Positions 54,481 through 64,000 of a stretch of DNA of 64,000 nucleotides are shown in pieces. The notes under the pieces are model-generated. The model saw only the letters and a list, made by a program, of their open reading frames with translations, was not told the DNA's origin and searched no databases. Where the stretch lies: the NCBI GenBank assembly GCA_965240325.2, contig OZ251237.1, forward strand, positions 868,001-932,000, written 5' to 3'. Both the position numbers and the translations under genes were made by a program. Each line of letters opens with the position of its first letter. Position 1 is the stretch's first letter. Origin of the DNA: Rebecca billardiae RCC1528 (Eukaryota; Protista; Haptophyta).

Positions 54481-57400
54481 ATGGTCAGCCGGAACACGGC
54501 GACCTTCCTGGGATGCGCGATCATCGGCTTCATCTGCTACATCAACGTGCGCCAGCTCCAGTCCATGGAGATGGGCCGTGCACACATCGTGCGCGCGCCG
54601 ACGCGATACGCGGTGCGGCCGCGGCTCGAAGTGCCCGCCGACCTCGACCTCGATGGCGTGGTGGACAGCATGGTGCTCGCGCCCGTGGGCGTGGGTATCG
54701 GTGCGTCAGTACCTGCGCATGCCGCCGCCGCGTGCCTCGACGACGCGAGCGCCGGGCGCATCTTTGAGGAGGCAGTCGCATCGTGTGCGGCTGCGGCGGC
54801 GCCGGCGGAGGGCGACACGCCGCCGACGGCGCCGACGCAGTGCGCGCCGCGCCACGTGGACGAGGCGCGCGCGAAGCGGCTGCAGCGCCTCGCCGGCGAC
54901 GACCCGGCCGCGTGGCCCGCCGGCTGCGACGGCGGCGCCGACTCCGACCCCGCCATGTGCGACCTCGTGCGGCGGGTTGCTCAGCTCGCGCCTGCCGGCG
55001 GCGCGCGCGAGCTCGTGCTCACCGTCGTGTCCGAGTCGGCGGCGCACACGCACGCGCTGCCGCTGCACACGGCCGCGCTCCGTCGCGCCGGGCTCGCCGA
55101 GCGCACCGTGCTCGCGCCACTCGGCTGCCGATCGCTCGCGCTCGCGCGCGCGGCGATCGCGGCGCGCGCCGCAGGTGGCTTGTATGATGCACGAGCTGAC
55201 GGTGCGGCCGCGGACGGCGCGGCGGCGGCGGGCGCGCGCTGGGCGATCACGGCGCGGTTCCTCGCGACGGGCACCGCCGTGCTGCTCCTGGAGCCCACCG
55301 TCGTCCTCGCCGCCGACCCCTTCCCGCTCTTCGCGCGAGATCACGATCTCGAGGCCGCCTCGACCGGCTGGTCGGAGCAAGAGGCGTACGGCTATGTCCA
55401 CGGCACGGACGACCCGAGCATGGGCTGGTCGCGGTACGTCGAGTCGATGCGGATCATGGCGATCTCGCCGGCGCTGCTCATGATCCAGCCCACGCGCGCC
55501 GCGCACGAGCTCGCCGACGTGCTCAGCGAGCGGCTCGGCGGCGCGGCGGGCGCCGCGCTCGTCTCGGCCACCGCCGCGGCCGCCGAGGGCGCGGCCGCGC
55601 CGGCCGAGCGCGCGCCCGCACTCGTCGAGCGGCGGCTGCTGAACGAGGAGGCGATCCTGCCCGCGGCGAAAGGCACGAATCGCGTGGGCGTCCGCTACCG
55701 CGTGCTCGACTACAAGTGCTTCCGCGCCGCCGCCGCCGTCGCCCGGCTGCAGGCGGGCGCGGCCGAGTCGGCCGTGGCATTCGAGATTGTGGTACCGCCG
55801 GCGCCGCTCGGCGCGAGCGCGGCCGCGGGCGGCGCGGAGGCGTCGGCGGCGGCGGACGCGAGCGCGCGCGCGTGCGACGTGCTCACGGTGCCGCGCACGC
55901 CCGCGCTCCTCCGCGGCACCGCGCTCCCCGCCGAGCGCTGGCCCGCCGCGTGGCACGAGGCGAAAACGCTTGGCGCGCTCGAGAGGCAGCTCGTCGACAA
56001 GGCGATGCAGTCGCGCCGCTTCGAGTCGTGGGCGGCGCTGGGCACGGCGGACGGCTCGTGCGAGCGGCAGCCGGGGCGCGCGGGCGTGCGCACGCAGCCG
56101 CTCAACCTGATCGCGCCGCGCGGCGCCGGCGAGTGGCCGACCAACTGCGCGGGCCTCGAGGACCTGTGTTCGGTGCTCGCCAAGGCCGCCACGACCGGCG
56201 AGCGCGAGGTACTGGTGGCCGTGTCGAATAAGAATATCTTCCGCATGCTCGGCACGTTCATCGACGGGCTGAAGGCGGCGAAGGTGCGCGCGTTCGTGCT
56301 CGTCGCGCTCGATGACGAGACCGCGGCGTTCGGCGCCGAGCGCGGCGTGCACACCTACCTGCGCAAGGTGACGGCGCGCGGCGGTGGCACGGACAACCAC
56401 GCAACCTCGGGTCTCAAGTTTCGGATCCTCAAGGAGTTCCTCACGGTGGGCTGCTCGGTGCTGCTGTCGGACGTGGACATCATCTACACGGACGACCCGT
56501 TCCGCTATCTCTACCGCGACGCCGACGTCGAGGGCATGTCCGACGGCTGGGACGACGCGACCGCGTACGGCGACGCCGAGTACACGACACCGGACGCGGC
56601 GCTCTCGTGGCTGGGGCCGCACGCGTCTGTACGCGTGTTCGCGCGCAACTCGGGGCTGTTCTACCTGCAGGCGACGCACGAGTCGCTCGCGCTGATGGAG
56701 CGGATGGCGCACCGCATGGCGACCGAGTCCGTCTGGGACCAGTCCGCGTACTCGCAGGAGCTCTTCAGGCCGAGCAGTCCGGTGCACGCGGGCGTGGGCA
56801 CGCTTGTGCGCGTGATGGCGTACGAGTGCTTCCTCAACACAAAGGTTCTCTTCCGATTCCTCCGGCCGCACCCGAAGGCGGGCGTGTTCAAGCCGGTCTC
56901 GGCGCACGTGAACTACCACCCGGAGAAGGAGGATCGGCACGCGCACGCCGCGCGGCGGCGGCGGCGGCGGCGGCGGGTGGCGGACAGCGGGTGGCGGGCG
57001 CGCGCGCGCGCGCGTGCGGTCGCGCAGATATTGGAGAAGCCTGAAGCCTCACACCGCCCGCGGTCTGCTGCGTGCGCGCGCGCCGCCCGCGCGCCACAGG
57101 ATGATCGACATCGCCAAGCGGTACAACGAGGGCCAGGTGGACGCGCTCGAGCGATGGAACTCGGGCGAGGGCCTGCGCGATCGGAGCGCGAGCGGCAGCT
57201 GCGTCGGCAAGATCGGCATGGGCCCGGACGAGGACGTCCACCGTCTGCGCGAGGGCGAGGCCAGCCCGGAGCGGAGGCTGGCCTCGGCGGTCGCGCAGTC
57301 GGACCGCTGGCAGTGGAATGGCGTGGAGGGCGTGCGCTTCAAAGCGGACGGCGCGCTCACGCTCGAGCAGCCGATCGAGGCGGGTGGGTCGACCGAGGGC

Positions 57401-57683
57401 GTGTGGGGCGTCGTCGACAACCGATGGCGCAAGCTCGGTGTGTGCGCGCGCGCGCGCCGACGTCATCGTGCTGCGCCCGCGCGCGCGGTGTTGCTCATCG
57501 TTGCTCATCACGCGCGCGCCTCGCTCGCTCCACGCAGATACACTCTGGGCCGAGCTGGGCGGCAAGCATTACCTGCTCGTCTTCCTGCGGCACAACTGGT
57601 CGTTCGTGGCCATCCGGTGCGCCGACGAGTGGATCACGTACGGCCAGCACATGGCGCCCATCCCCGAGCGTGTGCTCTACTGA
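54481..57683 (+). CDS. GT77 RRA-like arabinosyltransferase with two tandem GT77 domains (3 exons)
   Basis: NHATSGLKFRILKEFL..GCSVLLSDVDII...DPF..LYRDADVEGMSDG, NSGLFYL, WDQ and HVNYHPEK. Introns 56937-57099 (GC-AG) and 57438-57537. Confidence 0.88.
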
Positions 57684-58130
57684 GCTGAGCTCACGGCGGT
57701 GCGCAGCCTGTCCTTCGCTTCGGGGGTGGGCCGCACGGCGCAGGCCGGTGCGGCCGAGGATACGTGCGCCATCCACGTCATCGGGCGGTCGGCGGGCGTC
57801 GTGACGCGTCAGGCGCGACTAAGCAGCTAGCTTGCCTGGCCTGGCCGCCTGGCGTGCGGAAATCCGATCTGACATGACGACGATGAAAATCGATGGCCCT
57901 CCGCGACTCCGGCGTGACAGCGCAAACCATCGAATCGCGCTCCAGCCAAGTCCAGCGTGGCGGACTCCACCTTGATTCTGCATGGGCTTGATAATCGGTG
58001 GTGAGGCTGCCGCCTGCGTACACAAGCCCCACAGCCATGCTTCGAAAGCCACAAATCCCGCAATGCGCAAGCTTGCAGCCTGGAGCCAACCGTCACGTTG
58101 CCGTTGGAGTCAGCGCAAGTTCGAAAAGCG

Positions 58131-59245
58131 ATGGCGTCGATCGTGTTGAGTGGACGGCGGGTGGCCACCATGGCTATACGGACGTGCCACACGACCGTGA
58201 CGCGCTCGGGGAGAAGCATCGTACCCAACGGCCTTGCACCCAACGGCCTTGCACATGCGTGGGCTGTGCGCAGATGCAGCACTGCAGCCGTGCCTGCGCC
58301 GTCGTGGAGCCAGCTGCGCAGGCAGATGGTCACCGCAGCTGTGCCGATGGTGGGCTTCGGGTTCATGGACCAAACCATCATGATCATCGCGGGGGAGTAC
58401 ATCGACGTCACCTTCGGCGTGGCGCTGGGGCTATCCACGCTCACGGCCGCGGCGATGGGGCAGGTCGTGAGCGACTTCTCCGGCGTCCTCTTCGGCGGCA
58501 CAGTGGAAGCATTCGCGGCGCGCTGTGGGCTGCCAGACCCGCGCCTCACTGCGGCGCAGCGCAGGCTTCCGATCGTTGGGTACGCCACCACCGCCGGAGC
58601 CGCGTTCGGTGTCGTGCTCGGCTGCGTCCTCGGCATGGTGCTGCTTCTCTTCCAGGACCTCGACAAGGCCGACCGCGAGCGACGCGCGCGCAGGCTGCAC
58701 TACATATTCGAAACTGTCATCCGCAACGGGCACGAGGTACTAGCCGCCGACCGCGCGACGCTATGGCTGTACGACAAGGAGAAGGACGAGCTGTGGACGA
58801 AGATCTCGGCCGCTGACAAATTGTGCGCGCACGCGGCGCGCGCTCGTCGCTTGAGGCAGCGCCTCATGCGCGCACTCACGCCCCGCCCGCGACTCCCCGT
58901 GCGCGTCCCCCTCGGCCGCACAGCCGCAAAAACGAGCAGCTCCTCATGCGGCTGGTGCGGCTGCCCCTGGGCGAGAGCTCCGTCGCGGGCGCATGCGCCA
59001 AGTTGAGGCAGTCCGTCCGCGTGGCCGATGCGTACTCAGACCCGCGCTTCAACAAAGAAGTGGACACCATGACGGGGCTGCAGACGCGCACGATTCTGGC
59101 CAGCCCGATCATCAGCCAGGAGGGCGAGCTGCTCGGCGTGGTGCAGTGCATCAACAAGAGCGCAGGGCCGTTCACGCAAGAGGACGAAAAGGTCCTGAAC
59201 ACGCTCGCCCTGCACATCGCGATCTTCATTGAGTGCAACACGTGA
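58131..59245 (+). CDS. TMEM65-family membrane protein fused to a C-terminal GAF domain (2 exons)
   Basis: TMEM65 motifs AVPMVGFGFMDQTIMIIAGEYID, LSTLTAAAMGQVVSD and GCVLGM. GAF motifs ADRATLWLYD, DAYSDPRFNKEVD..TG..TRTILASPI and GVVQCINK..GPFTQEDE. Intron 58823-58923 keeps the frame. Confidence 0.85.
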
Positions 59246-59571
59246 CCGTTATTGCCTCCACGGTCACGGGCCGGTCAGGCCGCTCAGGCCGACTCCTAAC
59301 TCCTAAGCTAAGGTCTAAGGAGTAAGGAGTAAGGGTCGCCGTGGCAGTGCCCGCAGTGGCACTCGTGGCTCCGACTGCGGGAAGCTCGTTAAATAATATA
59401 TATTCGTCATTAGTAGTATTAATCCATATAAAAACCACCAGTCGTTGACGCAGTAATTATCTAGTAGCGTATAATTATATCGGCATAATGATAATGACAT
59501 TAATGTAAAATCTGCTGCTGCTCGGACGCGCGATCATTTTATTATTCGTCAATGTTTTGTGGGCCGCTGCT

Positions 59572-59621
59572 TACAGTTTACTAAGAATAAGAGACGCACA
59601 CAGCTCAGGCAGGCGAGATTA
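59572..59621 (+). repeat. Short TACAGTTTA-capped element, subfamily A
   Basis: Identical to 47746-47794. Confidence 0.9.
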
Positions 59622-59820
59622 TGAGTATAGCGGGCCGTCGTTGAACAATAATATATGGCGACCATGGGCGCATGCCAGCGCGCCGAATCCGACGGCCCGA
59701 CGCGCGAGGGGGCATTGCGCGCGAGGGGGCATTGCGCGCGAGGGGGCATTTATTTTTAATAACTTAATTGATCTTAATTGACTCAACTCTCGTCGTCAGT
59801 CTCAAGCAGGCGGGTAGCTA

Positions 59821-59932
<112 letters not shown>

Positions 59933-60482
59933 AGTTCGATGCGAATACTGTCGTCGTATGCTGATAATATTAATTCCCAGCGTGACTCCGCGAGAGCCGG
60001 AGCGTAGTCGTCGTCGGCACTAAATACTAATGGCCAGCAAGATCCAGCAGCGTGGCGCAGCGGGCACGAGTAGTGTAGCTGTGAGTGTGACACTCACAGC
60101 GCGCCAGGCAGGCGAATAACGCGCCCAAGGGCGTTCCCGGGATCCTGCCACACGCTCCCGAAAGCAATGCGCCAATGCCACCCCTGGGGGGGCATTGCTA
60201 CCGGACTGGCGCGGGCCGTAATCAAATGGAGGAAGCCAATTTCAATAGGAACGCGGTTCGATTTGGCGTATGACCAGTGCGGGGAATAACGCCCCTGGCA
60301 GAGCCGCCACCATCCGGAGACCGAAAAGTGCCTGGAACGACTAGCTACAGTACATGGAACATGTACAAACATGTACAGTGTACACCTAGAACCACACGCG
60401 GCTTGCACACGGGGCGCGTACAGACAGTAATAATAATAAAAAGAGGCTAACTAGTAGTCGTCAGGAGCAACAAGGAGCAAAA

Positions 60483-60599
60483 ACTACAGCAGGAAGACTT
60501 CGCCCGTGGTCCCCCACCGGACTACTACCTTCCCGGTTACGCGCTTAACTGCGGAGTTCGGATGGGATCCGGTGTTTTCGCGCACCTGTGGCCGTAGCT
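60483..60599 (-). rRNA. 5S rRNA gene (single, dispersed)
   Basis: The minus strand reads AGCTACGGCCACAG...ACACCGGATCCCATCCGAACTCCGCAGTTAAGCG...GTAGTA...GGGGACCAC...GAA...TGCTGTAGT, followed by a T-run Pol III terminator. Helix I (GCTAC/GTAGT) pairs. Confidence 0.93.
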
Positions 60600-60828
60600 G
60601 ACACGTCGTCGTGCACAAGACTACAAGAAGAACGAGCCTCGACGGCAGCTGAGTGAGGTCTGTGATGAGGAGAAGGTCGACCCCTCGCGCGCAGTCACCG
60701 ACACCTCAAACTGAGCTGCTCGCGCTGCTCGCCAGCTTCGCCGCTGGCGAGGTCGAGCGCGACGAGTGCATCTTCCCGCTCACCGGGCCGAAATGCCATT
60801 GCATATCACCTGCCGGTTGAACTCGCCC

Positions 60829-60888
60829 TACAGTTTACTATGTTTTAATGTGCACACTTGGTTAAGGCGTGATTGACGCCATCCAACA
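60829..60888 (+). repeat. Short TACAGTTTA-capped element, subfamily B
   Basis: Begins TACAGTTTACTA; 39 bp is identical (reverse complement) to 16327-16365. Confidence 0.8.
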
Positions 60889-61466
60889 CTGCACAAAGAC
60901 ACCGCCACAAAACAGACCGTACGAGAACCAGCTGCTGATGTCGATGACGATGACTCGGATGAGCACACACGCGCGGGCGTATTCCGAATCATTCCAAATC
61001 ATCCGATGTCATTATTATTCAATGCTGTCATCATCGTCGGATGTCAGATGCACTCTGCTCATCAGCATGTCTGGCAACGCGGTCAGTTTATGATTTAGTC
61101 AAACGTACTATCATAAATCTGCATCAGCATGCCTGCATCAGCATGGCAGGCATGGCAGCCGCCCGGAGCACCGTCGGTTCATTGGCACTGTGGCAGGCAC
61201 CGCACGGGCGCTGCCACAGTGCCAATGCGCCACTGTGGCAGGCAGCGCCCGTGCGGACTACCGTGATGACTATTGACTGTCACTGACTACCGCTGATGAG
61301 TGACGATGTCCGACTGATGTCATCTGATGATGATGTCGTCGTCTGTCTTAATATGGCGCACCAGAGTCCGCAGACATAATGATAAGTGGCAGAGACTGAC
61401 GATATTCTACCGTAGTATAGTAATAGTTAGCTGCTGAAGCTATAGCTATATTAGTGACGCCCGACA

Positions 61467-61468
<2 letters not shown>

Positions 61469-61501
<33 letters not shown>
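61469..61501. repeat. (AT)n microsatellite
   Basis: Read directly from the sequence. Confidence 0.95.
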
Positions 61502-61504
<3 letters not shown>

Positions 61505-61637
61505 GTATAATAACTAACGAACTACGGGCAGCAGTGGTCAGTCAGCGCAGTACTGATCTGATGAGTCACCACCGATGTAACTGCTATTAGTTACTATGCA
61601 CTCGGCACTCAGAGATCCCGCGGGGCCGCGCCGCTGA

Positions 61638-63765
61638 CTACGCTTGCCTCTCGCACAGGGCTGGCGCATGCGGTGCGGCCGCAGCGTTGCCGTCTGCACG
61701 TGCGGCGCCACCGCCAGAGTCGGCCACTTCGAGCGAGCCGTCGATCTCCATCGGCACTGGGCCTGGCGTCGGCTGGCTCGCGGACGGCAGCGGCACGGGC
61801 GCGCGTGACGCGGGCGGCTGCGGCGCGGCCGCATCCTCCTCCGCCTGTGCCGCCGGTAGCCTCGAGACGGGCTGCCACTTGGCCACGCCGGGCGGCAGCT
61901 TCTTCGGAGGCTGCGGGCGCGGCGGAGGAAGCGCACGCACAGTGGGGGCAGCGCGCGAGCGGCGGGGCGACGCGAGAAACGCGCCGGTGGCGCCGGGTGT
62001 GAGCATCATCGGCGCACCAGCCCGCACGCCGCCCGGTGGCGCGCCACACCATCGCGAAGTCGGGTCCGAAGTTCACCGCCACGTGCGCGTCCATGAAGAG
62101 CGAGACCGCCGGGTAGTACCACTCGGAGGGGACGTCGGCGAACGCGACCCCTTGGAGCTCGCCGTTTTTATAGAAGCTGATGGAGCTGCCCTTGTTCGCC
62201 GCGACTTTCTGGTCGAGGTCGACGATGAGGTAGTGCGAGTTCTTCAGCGTGAGCCGCGGGCGCTCCCTGCGCTCGCGCGCGCGCGCGCACGGGGCACGCG
62301 CGGTCGGGACGCCGTGGGTGGGGTGAGGGGCCAGCTTGAGACGCGAGAGGAGTCGTGTGCCGAGATGCTGGCGCGCGCACACCGCACCGCCGCGGGTCGC
62401 GGCAACGCGCGCGCGAGGCGAGAGCACGCGCGCGCACCGCGGCAGCGTGCTGCGCTGCGGCAGCGAGATGAGGCAGCCGATCACGTCGCCCGTGCCGAAC
62501 CCCTCGCCGTACCGCTTCCCGCGGCTCTCGTGGAACGCGGTCCCGTGCTTGGAGCGATACCCATACGAATGCTCGTCGTACCCGGCCGGCGCGTCGGCTG
62601 TCGAGAGCTCGGTCGCCCAGCCGAGCCGGCAGTGGCCGTCGGTCGGGCTCGCGCCGCCGACGTTCGACTCCATGCGCACCTCGTAGTACCACGCGCCCTC
62701 GCCGCACGCGTGCGTCGCGCACACCGTGCGGTACCCCTTGTACCCCGTCGCCAGCAGGTAGCGCTCGTCGTCGGGCGCGCGGCCGAGCTTGAGCTGAGAC
62801 GCCTTGTGCGCGCACGACAGCTGCACGTGGCTCGCGTCCTGGAGCACGTTGCCCATCTCGGTGCAGCGCACGAAGGGCACCATCTTGTGCCGCTCGGGCA
62901 GCTCGTGCAGCTGCGGCTGCGGCTGCGCGGGCGGCGCGCGCTCGCGCTCCCGCGGCCGCTCCTGCCGCCGCGCACCGCCCGTGATGCTCACAGGCCGCCG
63001 CCGCTTGGAACCGACCGCCGCGCCGCCGCCCGATGCGCGCGCCGCCTTGGACGCCGCCTCGTCCTCGCCGGGATCGGCGGGCGGCGGCTTGCGCACGAGC
63101 GCCTGCGCCTTGGCGCTGAGCGCGGCCACGCGCGCGCACGTCTGCCGCGGCTTCTTCAGCGCGACGTGCGAGCGCTCGCGCACGTCGAAGACGTCCGACA
63201 CGTTGCCGTGCGTGACGAGCTTGAGCAGGTCCGCCTCGTTCACCTTCGACTTGTTGCGCCCGTGGCCGAGCGGCGTGTCGTCGAAGCGGTCGAGGATCCA
63301 CGGGACGAGCTCGTCGCGCACCGAGTGCATCCCGCCGCGCCCCTTCGTCCCCGGCGCCATCGGCTGCCCGCCCGACTGCGCGAGCGTGAGGTTGTAGAGA
63401 GCTGTCTCGACCATCCCGCGCCAGCTGAGCGCTTTGAACTCGAAGAACTCGGCGCCGCTCTCGGCGCACGACTTGCACACGAAGTCGTAGTTCCGCTGGC
63501 ACACGAACAGGCCCTTCGCCTCGGGCGCCGAGACGCACGCCGCGTGGCACCACTGCTCGCAGCCGCCGCACTGCGCGGCCGGCTCGGCGTATGGGTTGCA
63601 CCGCTCGGCGCACGTGCTGCACGGCGCCTCGTCGGCGGAGCCCGGCGCAGGCTCGGACGACGGCGCGCCAGGCGCCTCCCCGGCCGGCGAGGCCGCCTCG
63701 CGCGGCGCGTCAGGCGCGTCGCACGGCTCCTCCTTCGTGGCGGCGGGCGCGTGGTCCACCTCCAT
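61638..63765 (-). CDS. ASH2L: ASH2/Bre2 subunit of the Set1/COMPASS H3K4 methyltransferase complex (3 exons)
   Basis: PHD-like zinc finger (CSTC...QCGGCEQWCHAAC...NYDFVCKSC), W...ALYNL winged helix and SPRY domain (KGYRTVCATH, WYYEV, HCRLGW, YGEGFGTGDVIGCLI, YYPAVSLF). Introns 62437-62267 and 62049-61911. Confidence 0.9.
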
Positions 63766-64000
63766 GGCGTCGGTCGTGCGCACCGTTGCCCTTGCTTTGT
63801 TGTTGCCGCTTTCGCCAGTCTCAACTCTCAAGTCTCTGCGCTTTTTCCTGCTCAAGCTCCGTGTGACGGTACCTGTGTCCGGCGGCGGGGCCCACTGGCC
63901 CAGCCCCCGAGCTGTCCGGACTCCACCAGAGAGGCGCAGATGAGATCCGCGCCGGGTGGGGAGGCTGGACCAGGGTGGTGCCCGCCTTCCTGGGCGCGGG

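Noticed and set aside
60655-60717. Possible box C/D snoRNA (TGATGA...CTGA) upstream of the 5S gene
   Set aside because: No convincing terminal stem and only a short putative rRNA guide; it would need an Infernal/snoScan hit.

Overview
A very GC-rich eukaryotic nuclear window with compact genes. It is most consistent with an alga carrying a complex red-derived plastid, probably a haptophyte such as a Pavlovales species; this is inferred from a signal-peptide LHC, a signal-peptide ubiquitin E1 and GC-repeat introns including a GC donor. It holds about 25 protein-coding genes, many in very tight head-to-head pairs: PUB protein, syntaxin-18, delta-COP, USE1, FkbM methyltransferase, SLC13/TrkA-C transporter, frataxin, GT32, CDF transporter, amidohydrolase, sulfotransferase, a large LRR/repeat protein, UBA1, a receiver-domain protein, cyclin, SAM carrier, glycine decarboxylase P, LHC, TTC5, double GT77, TMEM65-GAF and ASH2. 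There is also a solitary 5S rRNA gene. The main points of interest are: (1) two nested non-autonomous DNA elements with TAG...CTA termini and 7-bp target-site duplications; (2) three adjacent Golgi-to-ER retrograde transport genes (STX18, delta-COP, USE1); (3) a TMEM65-GAF fusion; (4) an LRR protein with five copies of a 'YxLDL...GENW...G.LE.D[YF]' module; (5) a family of short intergenic elements capped by TACAGTTTA; (6) a ~1.5 kb repeat sitting just upstream of two unrelated genes. All calls come from reading the sequence by eye; no searches were run.
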